Assembly (NCBI GenBank): GCA_022823775.1
Contig: JAJEHI010000086.1
Location: 1,309-65,308 of the forward strand
DNA: 64,000 nt
Direction of reading: 5' to 3'
Origin: Defluviicoccus sp.
Lineage (GTDB): Bacteria; Pseudomonadota; Alphaproteobacteria; MPNO01
Shown: in pieces, positions 27,891 to 39,358 of the stretch
How positions within the stretch are numbered: position 1 is the first letter of the stretch
Layout: the number at the start of each line of letters is the position of its first letter
The notes under the pieces: generated by a model
Told to the model about the DNA's origin: nothing
Database searches by the model: none
What the model saw: the letters and a program-made list of their open reading frames with translations, nothing else
Made by a program: the position numbers and the translations under genes

Positions 27891-28865
27891 CTACCAGCGG
27901 ACCAGGCTGGCGCCCCAGGCGAAACCGCCGCCCATCGCCTCGAGAAGGCAAAGATCGCCGGGCTTGATCCTGCCGTCCCCCGCCGCTTCGGCGAGCGCGA
28001 GAGGAATCGACGCCGCCGAAGTATTGGCATGCCGGTCGACGGTCACGATCACCTTTTCCTCCGGCATCCCCAGCTTGCCCGACGTGCCCTTGATGATCCG
28101 AAGATTCGCCTGGTGCGGCACCACCCAGTCGACGTCGTCCGCGCCGACGCCGTTGGCGGCCAGCGCCTCCTGCATCACCGTCGCGAGATTGACCACCGCG
28201 TGGCGGAACACGTCGCGGCCCGCCATCCTGAGATGTCCGACGGTGCGGGTGCTCGACGGTCCGCCGTCGACGAAGAGGAGATCGTGGTGGCGTCCGTCGG
28301 AATGGAGATGGTTCGAGAGCACGCCGCGGTCCTCCGCGGTCCCGGCCCCCTCCTCCGCGCGCAGCACCACCGCGCCCGCCCCGTCGCCGAACAGCACGCA
28401 GGTCGCCCGGTCGGTCCAGTCGAGGATGCGGGAAAAGGTCTCCGCGCCGATGACGAGCGCGCTGACGGCCTGACCGAGGCGGATGAAATTGTCCGCCACG
28501 TTGAGCGCGTAAATGAACCCCGAGCAGACCGCCTGGACGTCGAAGGCGGCGCCCCGCGTCATTCCGAGCTCGTTCTGGACCCGCGTCGCGGTCGCGGGAA
28601 AGGTCTCGTCCGGCGTCGCGGTCGCGACCACGATCAGGTCGAGATCGGACGGCTCCATCCCGGCCCGGCCGAGCGCCGTGCGCGCCGCGGCCGTCGCGAG
28701 ATGCGAGGTGAATTCCCCTTCGGCCGCGATGCGGCGCTCGAGAATACCGGTGCGCTGGACGATCCAGTCGTCCGAGGTGTCGACCATCCGCGCGAGGTCT
28801 TCGTTGGTCAGCACCTTTTCGGGCAGATACCCGCCGCAGCCGGCGACGACGGCCCGCGTCACCAT
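27891..28865 (-). CDS. fabH: 3-oxoacyl-ACP synthase III
   Basis: Internal Met [15 protein letters not shown]... The Cys-His-Asn triad context is present ([17 protein letters not shown]). 324 aa. The long upstream ORF extension is artefactual. Confidence 0.9.
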   Translation of the reverse strand: MVTRAVVAGCGGYLPEKVLTNEDLARMVDTSDDWIVQRTGILERRIAAEGEFTSHLATAAARTALGRAGMEPSDLDLIVVATATPDETFPATATRVQNELGMTRGAAFDVQAVCSGFIYALNVADNFIRLGQAVSALVIGAETFSRILDWTDRATCVLFGDGAGAVVLRAEEGAGTAEDRGVLSNHLHSDGRHHDLLFVDGGPSSTRTVGHLRMAGRDVFRHAVVNLATVMQEALAANGVGADDVDWVVPHQANLRIIKGTSGKLGMPEEKVIVTVDRHANTSAASIPLALAEAAGDGRIKPGDLCLLEAMGGGFAWGASLVRW

Positions 28866-29914
28866 CAGGATACGGCCGCGCGCGTCCGGACGGGCATCGA
28901 CAGCGAGCCTCGGTCGAGCTGCGCGGTGATCTTTTCGTTGAACCGATGCGCGGCCATGTCCACCGCCACGCCGATCGCGTTGGCGAATCCGAAGGCGTCG
29001 GTGGAGCCGTGGCTCTTGACCACGTTGCCGTTGAGCCCGAGGAACATCGCGCCGTTGTAGCGCCTCGGATCGACGCGGGCGCGCAGCTTGTTGAGGCTGC
29101 GCCGGGCGAGCAGGTAGCCCAGCCGCGAGCTCACGGAGCTCTTGAACGCCTTCCGCATGAACTCCGAATAGAGCTTCACCGAACCCTCGATCGTCTTGAG
29201 CGCGATATTGCCGGAAAACCCGTCGGAGACGATGACGTCGACGGTCCCCATGGCGATATCGTCGCCTTCGACGAAGCCGTGATAACGGATGCCGGCGCCG
29301 TCCGCGCGCAGTATCGCCGCCGCCTGGCGAACCGCCTCGTGCCCCTTGACCTCTTCGGTGCCGACATTGAGGAGGCCTACCGAGGGGTTTTCGAGGCCCA
29401 GGACGGTGCGTCCGAACTCGGATCCCATGACGGCGAACTGGATCAGGTTGTCGGCATCGCACTCGACATTCGCGCCGAGGTCGAGCATCACGCTCTCGCT
29501 GCGGTAATTGGGAAACACCGCCGCGATCGCGGGGCGGTCGATCCCGGGCAGGGTCTTGAGCGTGAACTTCGCCAACGCCATCAGCGCGCCGGTATTGCCC
29601 GCCGAGACAACGCCTTCCGCCTCGCCGGCGCGCACCGCGTCGATGGCGAGCCGCATGCTCGACCGCTTTCCCTGGCGCAGCGCGTGGGAAGGCTTGTCGT
29701 CGTCGGAGATCATCTCCTCGGTGTGATCGATGGCGATCGCCCGGCGCAGCTTGGGCAGCCGCTTGAGGAGCGGCGCGATCTTGCGCTCGTCTCCGAACAG
29801 CCGGAAGCGGACGTCGGGATAACGTCTCCGCGCGATGTTCGCGCCCCGGACCACGATGCGCGGCGCGTTATCGCCTCCCATCGCGTCGAGCGCAATTGTG
29901 ATCAGCGCCTTCAA
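28865..29914 (-). CDS. plsX: Phosphate acyltransferase PlsX
   Basis: [17 protein letters not shown]... family N-terminus. A TTG start is proposed because the ATG at 30007 would add a 31-aa Arg-rich extension. Overlaps the fabH start. Confidence 0.8.
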   Translation of the reverse strand: MKALITIALDAMGGDNAPRIVVRGANIARRRYPDVRFRLFGDERKIAPLLKRLPKLRRAIAIDHTEEMISDDDKPSHALRQGKRSSMRLAIDAVRAGEAEGVVSAGNTGALMALAKFTLKTLPGIDRPAIAAVFPNYRSESVMLDLGANVECDADNLIQFAVMGSEFGRTVLGLENPSVGLLNVGTEEVKGHEAVRQAAAILRADGAGIRYHGFVEGDDIAMGTVDVIVSDGFSGNIALKTIEGSVKLYSEFMRKAFKSSVSSRLGYLLARRSLNKLRARVDPRRYNGAMFLGLNGNVVKSHGSTDAFGFANAIGVAVDMAAHRFNEKITAQLDRGSLSMPVRTRAAVS

Positions 29915-29945
29915 CCGAAACCGGCCTCCGGTGGAGTGCGTCGGG

Positions 29946-30128
29946 CTACGCCGTACTCGCCTCCGTGACTTCCCGACCGTCGTAATACCCGCAGGACGGA
30001 CAGACATGGTGCGGAAGCTTGTATTCGCCGCAGTTCGGGCACTCGCCGTAAGCCGCCGCGCTCAGCGCATGATGCGAACGCCGCTTGTCGCGGCGGGACT
30101 TGGACACTTTCTTCTTCGGTACAGCCAT
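29946..30128 (-). CDS. rpmF: 50S ribosomal protein L32
   Basis: [49 protein letters not shown], 60 aa. Confidence 0.9.
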   Translation of the reverse strand: MAVPKKKVSKSRRDKRRSHHALSAAAYGECPNCGEYKLPHHVCPSCGYYDGREVTEASTA

Positions 30129-30213
30129 CGCCAGCGTCTCTGGTTGAGATTGTCGAAGGGGATTTCGCGGATACCTAGCCGACCGGAACCCGACCGGCAA
30201 GCGAAAGCGCAGT

Positions 30214-30741
30214 CTACCCGTTTTCGGTTCGTGCCGCCAGCGCACGAAAAGGCGAATCGCCGGCGTCGGGCAGCGGTTCGCCGCCTTCGCGGTCTGCGGC
30301 CGCCGCGTCGGCTTCCGGCGACCGGGGAAAGGGATCGAGGCAAAGGGCCAGCTCGACGGCCACGACTTCGCCGATATCGAGCGACTCCCCGGCGAAGGGC
30401 TCGAAATCCTCGTGGGCCGAAATGACGACCGTCTTTTCGTCGAGCGCCTCCTGCGCGACGGGCCGGAAGAGAAGCGCGACCTCCTCTTCGATCTCGCTGG
30501 CGACGGGATCGAGCGTGACCACGCATTCCTGCACGACGCGGGCGGAGAAACGCCCCGAAACGGCGACGTCGCCCCCGCCCGCGCGTCTGAGCGCAACCCG
30601 GGCGGAGAGCGATTCGATCGAGACGATGGCGAAGCGGCTGGCAAGGGCGCGGCGTTCGTCCTCCGCCGCGGCGATTTCGCGGACGATCCCCGAAGCGGGA
30701 ATCCGGTCGACGCGGACGGGGCGCGAGAATTCGGGCGTCAT
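30214..30741 (-). CDS. yceD: YceD/DUF177 family protein (large-subunit rRNA maturation factor)
   Basis: Conserved position upstream of rpmF-plsX. 175 aa with an acidic C-terminal region. Confidence 0.65.
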   Translation of the reverse strand: MTPEFSRPVRVDRIPASGIVREIAAAEDERRALASRFAIVSIESLSARVALRRAGGGDVAVSGRFSARVVQECVVTLDPVASEIEEEVALLFRPVAQEALDEKTVVISAHEDFEPFAGESLDIGEVVAVELALCLDPFPRSPEADAAAADREGGEPLPDAGDSPFRALAARTENG

Positions 30742-30753
30742 GCCGGTCCCCGC

Positions 30754-31305
30754 TCAGCCTGTCCCGGCGGGAAGCGCGACATCGACATCGAAGCGCACGC
30801 TGCCCGCGACGAGATCGTCCAGCGGTTGGGCCTCCAGCGACGCGAGCTGGTCCCGCGTATAGCGCGCCATCGCCCGTGCGTCGTCGGCGGGCGCCGGGAC
30901 CGTGCCGTAAAGATTGCGGACGAGCGCGGACCGGAGCGCCTCGTCCCCGCTCTCGAGTCCCGCTTCATAGGCCTTGACCCGCCCGAGGAAAGAACTCGCC
31001 ATGAACTTGACCCGGCGTCCGACGCCGAGATCGCCCGCCCCCATCTCCCTGAGGCTGCGGTCCATATCGTCGAACATCGTATCGAACAGGGCCTGGGCCA
31101 GAACCCCGGTTCGCTCCGGATCCTCCTGCAGCCGGCGCAACACCATGAACGCGTGCAGCGCGACGAGCTCGAACCGGCCGTCCAGCGTGTCCGGCACGCC
31201 CGCCTCGCCATAGAACGACGGCGAGCGGGCCCGCGCCACCACCGCGCGGTAGAGCGCCCCGGCGGTTTCGCGCGCCGCCTTCCTGTCGCGCAAGCGTTTC
31301 AGCAT
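30754..31305 (-). CDS. Ubiquinol-cytochrome c chaperone (Cbp3-like) domain protein
   Basis: 183 aa. The FELVALHAFMVLRRL...QALFDTMFDDMD region is typical of COG5452. Confidence 0.55.
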   Translation of the reverse strand: MLKRLRDRKAARETAGALYRAVVARARSPSFYGEAGVPDTLDGRFELVALHAFMVLRRLQEDPERTGVLAQALFDTMFDDMDRSLREMGAGDLGVGRRVKFMASSFLGRVKAYEAGLESGDEALRSALVRNLYGTVPAPADDARAMARYTRDQLASLEAQPLDDLVAGSVRFDVDVALPAGTG

Positions 31306-31415
31306 GTCGCGGCGACCCCGGCCTCCGCATTGACAGGTGGGAAACTTGATGCAAACTCTGGCGCAGGTCCAGCGGGCAGTCCCGGCGGGCCGGCGAAGGG
31401 CGGACCCCGATACCG

Positions 31416-31880
31416 ATGCGCGCTCGACTCCCAGTTCGTTGCCCGGTCCCCGGCGTCGCTGCGGCCGCCGCAGCGGCGCTTCTTCTCGCCTGCTCGCCGA
31501 TCCAGGACAATAACGGCAACATCCCGCTCGCCGAGTCGATGGAAAAAATCGCGCCCGGAAAGCAGACCCGGGAACAGGTGAGGGAGACCCTCGGAACCCC
31601 GTCGGCCGTCGGTGCGTTCGAGGAAAGCGACGTCTGGTACTATATCGGAAAGCGCACCAGAACCGTCGCCTTTCTCAAACCGGAAGTGCTTGAGCATCGG
31701 GTTGTCGAAATCCGTTTCGGCGTCGACGGGCGGGTCAGCGAGGTCAACGCGATCGACGCCACGCAGGTCGCCAAACCCGACCCCGTGGATCGCGTGACGC
31801 CCACCGAGGGCAACGAGTTCACGATCCTCGAACAGCTGATCGGCAATATCGGCCGGTTCACGCCCAACACCGAGCGGTAG
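31416..31880 (+). CDS. bamE: Outer-membrane protein assembly factor BamE (SmpA/OmlA) lipoprotein
   Basis: Signal peptide plus lipobox (LLLACS). Family region IAPGKQTREQVRETLGTPSAV...WYY. Confidence 0.75.
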   Translation: MRARLPVRCPVPGVAAAAAAALLLACSPIQDNNGNIPLAESMEKIAPGKQTREQVRETLGTPSAVGAFEESDVWYYIGKRTRTVAFLKPEVLEHRVVEIRFGVDGRVSEVNAIDATQVAKPDPVDRVTPTEGNEFTILEQLIGNIGRFTPNTER

Positions 31881-31907
31881 AAGCCCGGAGCGCGGGGCGC
31901 CGGCGCG

Positions 31908-34013
31908 TCAGGCGGCAAGTACCGCGAGCAACAGCAGCGCCACGATATTGATGATCTTGATCATCGGGTTGACCGCGGGCCCGGCGGTATCCTTGTAGGG
32001 ATCGCCGACGGTATCGCCGGTCACCGCGGCCATGTGGGCATCCGATCCCTTGCCGCCGTGGTTGCCGTCCTCGATGTATTTCTTGGCATTGTCCCAGGCG
32101 CCGCCGCCCGAGGTCATCGAGATCGCGACGAAGATGCCGGTGACGATGGTGCCGAGGAGCATCGCGCCCAGCGTCGTGAACCCGGCCGCGGGCCCGCCGA
32201 TCCACGACATCACGAAATAGGTCACGATCGGCGCGAGTACCGGCAGCATGGACGGAACGATCATCTCGCGGATCGCGGCTCGGGTGAGGAGATCGACCGC
32301 GCGGCCGTATTCGGGCCGGCTGGTGCCGTCCATGATCCCCGGGATCTCGCGGAATTGCCGCCTGACCTCGACGACCACCTGCGCCCCGGCGCGGCCCACG
32401 GCCATCATGCCGAGAGCGCCGAACAGGTATGGCAGAAGCCCACCCACGAACAGACCGATCACCACGTAGGGATCGGCGAGCTGGAAGGAGATGCTCTTGG
32501 CGAGCTCGGGGAAGTAGTACTGGAGGTCCTGGGTGTAGGCGGCGAACAGGACGAGCGCCGCGAGACCGGCGGAGCCGATGGCGTAGCCCTTGGTGACCGC
32601 CTTGGTGGTGTTGCCGACCGCGTCGAGGAGGTCGGTATGCTTGCGGACGTCGTCGGGCAGGTCCGCCATCTCCGCGATGCCGCCCGCGTTGTCGGTCACC
32701 GGCCCGTACGCGTCGAGCGCGACCACCATGCCGGCGAGCGCGAGCATGGTCGTCGCGGCGATCGCGATTCCGTAGAGCCCCGCCGCGAAGTAGGAGACGA
32801 CGATGCCGGCGCAGATCACCATCACCGGCAGCGCGGTCGCTTCGAGCGACACCGCGAGCCCCTGGATCACATTGGTCGCGTGCCCGGTCTCGGACGCCTT
32901 GGCGACGCTCCGGACGGGCCGGTAGGCGGTCGAGGTGTAATACTCCGTGATCCACACCAGAAGCCCGGTGACCGCCAGCCCCACGAGCCCGCAATAGAGG
33001 AGGTGGCGCGGCGCGATCTTGTCGCCGGCGAGCGCAATCTCGGCGGAGAAGCTCCCGAAGATGAGGTAGATCGCCAGCGCGATCAGAACGGCGGAGATCA
33101 GCGCCGCGGCGACGAACCCCTTGTAGAGCGCGGCCATCACGTTGTTGCTCGCGCCGAGCCGCACGAAGAAGGTGCCGATCACCGAGCCGATGATACAGAC
33201 CGCCCCGATGACGAGCGGCAGGGCCATCATCGTTTCCTGCAAGGCGCCGGTGAAGAAGATCGCGCCGAGCAGCATCGTCGCCACCACGGTGACCGCGTAG
33301 GTCTCGAACAGATCGGCCGCCATGCCGGCGCAGTCGCCGACATTGTCGCCCACGTTGTCGGCGATGACGCCGGCGTTGCGCGGGTCGTCCTCGGGAATGC
33401 CGGCCTCGATCTTGCCGACGAGGTCGGCGCCGACATCGGCGCCCTTGGTGAAGATGCCGCCGCCGAGGCGGGCGAAGATCGAGATCAGGGAAGCGCCGAA
33501 ACCGAGCGCCACCAGCGCCTCGAGAATGTGGCGGAGCCCGGCCGGATCGGAGGGATCGTGGACGCCGCGCAGGATGATGTAGTAGACGACGACGCCGAGC
33601 AGGCCGAGACCGACGACCAGCATCCCGGTCACCGCGCCCGACTTGAAGGCGACATCGAGAGCCGGCTTGATGCCGCCGGTCCGCGCCGCGTTCGCGGTCC
33701 TGACATTGGCGCGGACCGACACGTTCATGCCGATATAGCCGGCGACCCCGGACAGTATCGCGCCCACGAAGAAACCGAGACCCACGAAGACGTCGAGAAG
33801 CAGGCCGAGAATGACGCCCACGGCGATGCCGACGATGCCGATAGTCAAATACTGGCGGTTGAGATAGGCGCGCGCGCCTTCCTGGATCGCGCCCGCGATC
33901 TCCACCATGCGTTCCGTGCCGGGACTCGCGGCCAGGATCGATCGAACCGCATAGAGTCCGTAAAGGATCGCCAGCGCGCCGCAGGCGATGACGATCCAAT
34001 AGGTTGCCATCAT
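31908..34013 (-). CDS. hppA: Membrane-bound proton-translocating pyrophosphatase
   Basis: 701-aa multi-TM protein from [17 protein letters not shown]..., with an AAGGA RBS. Conserved H+-PPase motifs ([36 protein letters not shown]). Confidence 0.9.
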   Translation of the reverse strand: MMATYWIVIACGALAILYGLYAVRSILAASPGTERMVEIAGAIQEGARAYLNRQYLTIGIVGIAVGVILGLLLDVFVGLGFFVGAILSGVAGYIGMNVSVRANVRTANAARTGGIKPALDVAFKSGAVTGMLVVGLGLLGVVVYYIILRGVHDPSDPAGLRHILEALVALGFGASLISIFARLGGGIFTKGADVGADLVGKIEAGIPEDDPRNAGVIADNVGDNVGDCAGMAADLFETYAVTVVATMLLGAIFFTGALQETMMALPLVIGAVCIIGSVIGTFFVRLGASNNVMAALYKGFVAAALISAVLIALAIYLIFGSFSAEIALAGDKIAPRHLLYCGLVGLAVTGLLVWITEYYTSTAYRPVRSVAKASETGHATNVIQGLAVSLEATALPVMVICAGIVVSYFAAGLYGIAIAATTMLALAGMVVALDAYGPVTDNAGGIAEMADLPDDVRKHTDLLDAVGNTTKAVTKGYAIGSAGLAALVLFAAYTQDLQYYFPELAKSISFQLADPYVVIGLFVGGLLPYLFGALGMMAVGRAGAQVVVEVRRQFREIPGIMDGTSRPEYGRAVDLLTRAAIREMIVPSMLPVLAPIVTYFVMSWIGGPAAGFTTLGAMLLGTIVTGIFVAISMTSGGGAWDNAKKYIEDGNHGGKGSDAHMAAVTGDTVGDPYKDTAGPAVNPMIKIINIVALLLLAVLAA

Positions 34014-34169
34014 GGTCCAGAATCCTTCAGCTTTTCGAGACGGGCAGCGCGGAACGCGCGGTCTTGAGCGCAGAGCCGATTGCCATTGGCGGGTAGGGCT
34101 CGGACGAGCGCGCGGAACATGCCAGAACTCGGTTTCCAAGGCAACATCGGGCGCGCCGCGTCCGCGCTC

Positions 34170-35363
34170 TCAGGCCGCCGCCCGGTGCCGCGCGAGATCG
34201 AACCGGAGCCACATCGTGGCGATCAGCGCCATCGCGATCAGGGGGAGCGTCACCGCGTTGACGATCGCCCATCCCAAGTGATGGATCGATGCACCGGACA
34301 GCACCGCGCCGACGGCGACGAAGCCCCAGATGCAGAAATCGTTGAACCCCTGGGTCTTCGCCATCTCCGAGGGGCGGTAGCACTCCGTCAACAGGCTGGT
34401 GCCACCGATGAACAGGAAGTTCCAACCCACGCCCAGCAGGATCAGCGCGCTCACGAAGTTGAGATACTCGATGCCGGCGAAGTTGATCGCGACGCACAGC
34501 GCCTGGAGCAGCGCGCCGACGATCATGATGTTGGTCGCGCCGAATCGGACGACCAGGTGGCCGGTGAAGAACGAGGGCAGGAACATGCCCACGATGTGCC
34601 ACTGGATCACCGATGCCGAGTCGCCGAACGCGAAACCGCAATCGGCCATCGCCAGCGGCGTCACGGTCATCACGAAGGTCATGACCGCGTAGCCGGATAC
34701 CGCGCCGAGGATCGCGACGATGCATTTGGGCTGGGAGAGGATTTCCAGCAGCGGACGTTGCGGTCCCCTCTTTTCCGCCGCGCTCATCGGCGGGATGGTG
34801 AGCAACGACGCCACAAGGCCCATCGCCAGGTAGATCAGCACGATCGCCGCGAAGGTGCCGGCGAAGACCAGCGGATCGAACAGATCCTTGGTGAACCGCG
34901 CCAGGTTGGGGCCGGTGAAAGCCGCCACCACGCCGCCCAGCAGAACCAGCGAAATCGCCCGGCTGCGCATGTCGGGCCCCGCCGTGTCGGCGGCGGCGAA
35001 GCGGAAGAACTGGCCGAATGCGAGCATCGAGCCGATCAGCGCCGTGCCGAGCGCGAACAGCCAGAAGGAGGAGACCGCGATCGCCGCGGTCGCGATCGCC
35101 GCGCCGGCGGCCCCGACGGTCGCCCCGGTGACGAACCCCCACCGCCGCCCGACCCGGCGCATGTAGAGCGACGCCGGTATCGAGGTCAGCATGGTCGCCA
35201 CGAACTGGAAAGCGACCGGAAGGGTCGCGAGCGCCTTGTCCTCGGCGAGCGCGTGGCCGATCAGCGCGGCCGAGGCGATGATCGCCGAGGTGGTGGTCAT
35301 CATCAGCGCTTGGGAAAGCGCCAGCAGGGCCACGTTGCGGTTGATGCCGGAAAGGAACTGCAC
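34170..35363 (-). CDS. MFS transporter
   Basis: 397 aa, 12 TM segments, MFS signature-like motifs. Confidence 0.8.
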   Translation of the reverse strand: MQFLSGINRNVALLALSQALMMTTTSAIIASAALIGHALAEDKALATLPVAFQFVATMLTSIPASLYMRRVGRRWGFVTGATVGAAGAAIATAAIAVSSFWLFALGTALIGSMLAFGQFFRFAAADTAGPDMRSRAISLVLLGGVVAAFTGPNLARFTKDLFDPLVFAGTFAAIVLIYLAMGLVASLLTIPPMSAAEKRGPQRPLLEILSQPKCIVAILGAVSGYAVMTFVMTVTPLAMADCGFAFGDSASVIQWHIVGMFLPSFFTGHLVVRFGATNIMIVGALLQALCVAINFAGIEYLNFVSALILLGVGWNFLFIGGTSLLTECYRPSEMAKTQGFNDFCIWGFVAVGAVLSGASIHHLGWAIVNAVTLPLIAMALIATMWLRFDLARHRAAA

Positions 35364-35563
35364 GGAGGGAAACTAAACCGTATCGGTCGCGGAGTCGAAA
35401 CCGCACCGGACAGGCGTCCCTCGATACGGCGCTGGCGTGCCTACGCGGGATGAGGAGGATCTATTGCCGCCCGCAACCTGTCCCTCACCCTGGGTAGCGG
35501 CGGAGCCGCGCATCGAAGGGCCTGCCCGACCGCGTCGGCGATTCCAAGCGAAACGAACCCGCC

Positions 35564-36547
35564 TTAGAAGTGCCGGTAGCCGGCGCGGTCGATCGCGATC
35601 CGGGCGTTCGCGGGATCGAACACGGACACCCCCTCGCCCTCCGTCATCGTACCGATGCGGGCGACCGGAACGCGGGCCCGCGCCGCGGCTTCGCGAATGG
35701 CGTCGCTGCGGTCCGCCGGCGCGGTGAAGACAAGCTCGTAATCGTCGCCGCCGGTCAGGAGGTCGACGATCTCCACCGCGCCGGATCCGAGCGCCGACCG
35801 GGCGGCGCCGGATAGCGGAACCCGTCCGGCTTCGATCCGGGCGCCCAGACCGGACGCCGCGCAGATATGCCCGATATCCGCGATCAGCCCGTCGGACACG
35901 TCGACGGCGGCGGACGCGGGAAGCGCCATGCCGAGATCGAGGCGCGGCTCCGGCAGGCGGTAGCGGGCGATCGCCGCCTCGCGTTCGCCTGCCGGGAGTC
36001 CCAGCTCCTCGCCCCGCAGCGCGCGCAGACCCAGGGCGGCGTCGCCGACGGTTCCCGAGACGTAGACATGCTCCCCGGCGGCGGCATTGGAGCGCAGCGG
36101 AGACCTGCCCGGCTCGATCTCGCCGATCGCGGTCAGGGAGAGGCAAATCGGGCCGGTCGTCGCGGTGGTATCCCCCCCGGCCAGCGAAATGCCGAACCGG
36201 AGCTGGTCCGACGCGAGGCCGCGCGAGAAATGCCGCAGCCAGTCGAAATCGACCGCGTCCGGAATGGCGAGTCCCAGCAGATACGCGCGCGGCCGCGCGC
36301 CCATCGCGGCGAGGTCGGAGAGGTTCACGCGCAGCAGCTTCCGCGCGATGTCGAAAGGCGGATCCGCGGGTAGGAAATGGACCCCCTCGACGATCGTGTC
36401 GATCGCGGTGACGAGTTCGCGGCCCGGCCGTGGCGCGATCAGCGCGGCATCGTCGAGGAGGCCGAGCGCTCCGGGCTCATCCGCCGCGAGCGGGGCGAAG
36501 AGCTCCCGGATGAGCTCGAACTCACCCGGCCGCGGCCGCCCGGGCAC
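35564..36547 (-). CDS. thiL: Thiamine-monophosphate kinase
   Basis: GEFELIRELF... N-terminus and PurM-like ATP-binding fold. GTG start chosen just inside the nusB 3' end. Confidence 0.75.
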   Translation of the reverse strand: MPGRPRPGEFELIRELFAPLAADEPGALGLLDDAALIAPRPGRELVTAIDTIVEGVHFLPADPPFDIARKLLRVNLSDLAAMGARPRAYLLGLAIPDAVDFDWLRHFSRGLASDQLRFGISLAGGDTTATTGPICLSLTAIGEIEPGRSPLRSNAAAGEHVYVSGTVGDAALGLRALRGEELGLPAGEREAAIARYRLPEPRLDLGMALPASAAVDVSDGLIADIGHICAASGLGARIEAGRVPLSGAARSALGSGAVEIVDLLTGGDDYELVFTAPADRSDAIREAAARARVPVARIGTMTEGEGVSVFDPANARIAIDRAGYRHF

Positions 36548-37058
36548 CGGCGGGACCTCCGGACTCCGCGAATTCGTCGCCGCGCAGCCGCCGGGCGATC
36601 CTGTCGAGCACGGCGTTCGCCATGCCCTTCTCGGCGTCGGCGAAGAACGCGTCGGCGAGATCGACATATTCGGAGACCGCCACGCGGGCGGGGGTCGCCG
36701 GGCGGCCGAGGAGCTCGAACGCGCCGGCGCGGAGAATGCAGGCGAGCAGGACCTCGATCCGTTCGAGCGGCCATGACGGGCTCAGCGCGGCGCGGAGGAT
36801 GTCCTCGATTTCCTCCCGCCTGACGGTCGTTCCGCGAAGTATCTCGGTAAAGAGTGCGCTCTTGGGCGGGACCGGGGTCTCGTCCCGGTCGAGAACGCCG
36901 TCCCGGCGGTAGCGGAGGAATTCCGCCAGCACGTCCTCGATGGCCGCGCCGCTCATCTCCATCTGGTAAAGCGCCTGAACCGCGGCGAGGCGTGCCGCGC
37001 TCAGCCGCGCCGCTTTTCCCGGTCGCGGCCTTTCCGAGCCGGAGCGCCGCGCGGGCAT
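36522..37058 (-). CDS. nusB: Transcription antitermination factor NusB
   Basis: ARLAAVQALYQMEMSG... NusB fold, 178 aa. Between ribH and thiL as in the conserved operon. Confidence 0.85.
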   Translation of the reverse strand: MPARRSGSERPRPGKAARLSAARLAAVQALYQMEMSGAAIEDVLAEFLRYRRDGVLDRDETPVPPKSALFTEILRGTTVRREEIEDILRAALSPSWPLERIEVLLACILRAGAFELLGRPATPARVAVSEYVDLADAFFADAEKGMANAVLDRIARRLRGDEFAESGGPAGARAAAAG

Positions 37059-37513
37059 TACCCCTCCAGCCCGAGTCGCGCCTTGAGCTCGATCATGGCA
37101 AGGCAGGCCCGCGCCGCCGCGCCGCCGCGATCGGCCTCGTCGCGTCTCGCCCGGTGCATCGCCTGCTCGCCGTTTTCGCAGGTGAGGATGCCGTAGCCGA
37201 TGGCGAGGCCGCGCTGCAGGGCGAGGTCCTGGAGACCGCGCGCGCTCTCGGTGCAGACATAGTCGTAATGCGTCGTCTGGCCGCGGATGACGCAGCCGAG
37301 CGCAACGAACCCGTCGAACCGGCGGGCCGGATCCGGCCCTTCCATCGCGCGCGCCGCATAGCCGATCGAGGCCGGGATCTCGAACGCCCCGGGCACGGAG
37401 AACCGCTCGTAGGTCGCGCCCGCGGCGTCGAGCGCCGCCGTCGCCCCCTCGAAGAGCGCATCCGCGATTTCATCGTAAAACCGCGCCTCGACGATCATCA
37501 CATGCGGCGCCAT
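37058..37513 (-). CDS. ribH: 6,7-dimethyl-8-ribityllumazine synthase
   Basis: 151 aa with the IVEARFYDEIADAL...VPGAFEIP motif. Confidence 0.9.
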   Translation of the reverse strand: MAPHVMIVEARFYDEIADALFEGATAALDAAGATYERFSVPGAFEIPASIGYAARAMEGPDPARRFDGFVALGCVIRGQTTHYDYVCTESARGLQDLALQRGLAIGYGILTCENGEQAMHRARRDEADRGGAAARACLAMIELKARLGLEG

Positions 37514-37525
37514 GCCCGCTCCCCG

Positions 37526-38746
37526 CTAAACGACCGGCTCGATCGGCCGGTGTCCGACGATCCTGATCCCGTACCCCTCGAGCCCGACCACCGTCCGGTT
37601 GTGGTTGGTCAACAGGATCATTTCGGTCACGCCCAGATCGCGGAGGATCTGCGCGCCCACGCCGTAATCGCGGAGCGCGGGCGGCGCGAACGCGGTCTCG
37701 GCGTCCGTGGTCACGCTGACCTCCATGGAGGCGGCGCCTGGATCGCCCGGAATGTCGTGGCGCTGACGCACCTGGTTCACGAAACTCTGGGCGAACGAAT
37801 CTCGGATCAGCACGACGACGCCCCTTCCCGCCTCGCCGATCGTTCGGATGCAGGATTCGATCACTCCGGCGCGACCCGCGGTCTCGTCCTGGATCACATC
37901 GTCCAGCACGTTGATCGCGTGCATCCTCACCGGCACCGGTTCCGACCCGGAAATGTCGCCCTTGATCAGCGCCAGATGCTCGGCTCCGGTGATCTTGTTG
38001 ACATAGACGATCAGACGGAATTCGCCGCCGTGCTTGCGCGTGAGCCGCGTCGCGAGGACGCGCTCGACAAGGCTGTCGTTGCGCAGACGGTACGCGATCA
38101 GGTCGGCGATCGTGGCGACCTTGAGCCCGTGGAACTGCGCGAACGGGATGAGATCGGGAAGACGGGCCATGGTGCCGTCGTCCTTCATGATCTCGCAGAT
38201 CACACCCGAGGGGTTGAGACCCGCCAGACGGGCGATATCGACCGAGGCCTCGGTGTGGCCGGCGCGCTCCAGCACTCCGCCGTCGCAAGCGACAAGCGGA
38301 AAGACATGGCCGGGGGTCACGATGTCTTCCTCGCCGGACGTGGGATCTATCGCGACCGCGATCGTCCGCGCCCGGTCGGGCGCCGAAATTCCCGTGGTCA
38401 CGCCCTCGCGCGCCTCGATGGACACGGTAAAGGCGGTCTGATGCCGCGTCCGGTTGTTCTGCGACATCAGCGGCAGACCGAGCCTCTCGATCCGTTCGCG
38501 CATCATCGCGAGGCAAATCAGGCCGCGCCCGTGGGTCGCCATGAAGTTGACCGCTTCCGGGGTCGCCATCTGGGCGGCAACCACCAGGTCGCCTTCGTTC
38601 TCGCGGTCCTCGTCGTCGACCAGAATCACGATGCGCCCGTTCCGGATATCCTCGATCACGTCCTCGATGGGCGAGAGGAAACCGGCCGTGTCGTCCAGCG
38701 CCTCCGCGACTTTCGACGGGGCCGCGCGTTTGAGGCTGTCGCTCAA
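37526..38746 (-). CDS. ribBA: 3,4-dihydroxy-2-butanone-4-phosphate synthase fused to a GTP-cyclohydrolase-II-like domain that lacks the zinc-binding cysteines (RibBX-type)
   Basis: The N-terminal DHBP synthase motifs are intact ([20 protein letters not shown]). The C-terminal RibA-like domain lacks the SEC...CDCG cysteine triad; the corresponding region is [11 protein letters not shown]...ESCIRT. Confidence 0.8.
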   Translation of the reverse strand: MSDSLKRAAPSKVAEALDDTAGFLSPIEDVIEDIRNGRIVILVDDEDRENEGDLVVAAQMATPEAVNFMATHGRGLICLAMMRERIERLGLPLMSQNNRTRHQTAFTVSIEAREGVTTGISAPDRARTIAVAIDPTSGEEDIVTPGHVFPLVACDGGVLERAGHTEASVDIARLAGLNPSGVICEIMKDDGTMARLPDLIPFAQFHGLKVATIADLIAYRLRNDSLVERVLATRLTRKHGGEFRLIVYVNKITGAEHLALIKGDISGSEPVPVRMHAINVLDDVIQDETAGRAGVIESCIRTIGEAGRGVVVLIRDSFAQSFVNQVRQRHDIPGDPGAASMEVSVTTDAETAFAPPALRDYGVGAQILRDLGVTEMILLTNHNRTVVGLEGYGIRIVGHRPIEPVV

Positions 38747-38759
38747 GGAATCCCCCTCT

Positions 38760-39347
38760 TCAGCTCCGCGCCGTCAGCCGGTCGACATATCGGGCGATGG
38801 TGTCGACCTCGAAATTCACCCGGTCGCCCTCCGCCAGACGGCCGAATGTCGTATGGCGGCGCGTATGCGGGATGATGTTGACCCCGAATCCCGTTTCGTC
38901 AACCTCGTTCACGGTAAGCGACACGCCGTCGAGCGCGATCGACCCCTTGGGCGCGACATAGCGAGCGAAGCCTTCGGGAGCCGCGAAAACGAAGCGCGTG
39001 CTGTCGCCTTCGGCGCGCGTTTCCAGGACGATGGCGACCCCGTCGACATGACCCGACACGATATGCCCGCCGAGCTCGTCGCCGATCCGGAGAGAGCGCT
39101 CGAAATTGACCGGCGTCCCGACGGTCCAGCTCCCCAGCGTGGTCCGCGCCAGGGTCTCGGCGGACGCCTGGACGGTGAACCGGCCGGGTCCCTTGTCGAC
39201 CACCGTGAGGCACGGGCCGGAACACGCGATGGACGCGCCGATCGCGATCTCCCCCGTGTCGTAGCCGGTATCGAAGTCGAACCGCGTGTCGCCGTCCTTC
39301 GAGATCGCGCGCACGCGGCCCAGATCGGTCACGATTCCGGTAAACAT
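38760..39347 (-). CDS. ribE: Riboflavin synthase alpha chain
   Basis: [12 protein letters not shown]... with two lumazine-binding repeats. 195 aa. Confidence 0.9.
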   Translation of the reverse strand: MFTGIVTDLGRVRAISKDGDTRFDFDTGYDTGEIAIGASIACSGPCLTVVDKGPGRFTVQASAETLARTTLGSWTVGTPVNFERSLRIGDELGGHIVSGHVDGVAIVLETRAEGDSTRFVFAAPEGFARYVAPKGSIALDGVSLTVNEVDETGFGVNIIPHTRRHTTFGRLAEGDRVNFEVDTIARYVDRLTARS

Positions 39348-39358
39348 CGCCTGTCCGC

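Noticed and set aside
29914-30007. Longer plsX reading with the ATG at 30007.
   Set aside because: It adds a 31-residue Arg-rich leader not found in PlsX proteins. The TTG at 29914 restores the canonical [15 protein letters not shown]-terminus. The TTG start remains uncertain.
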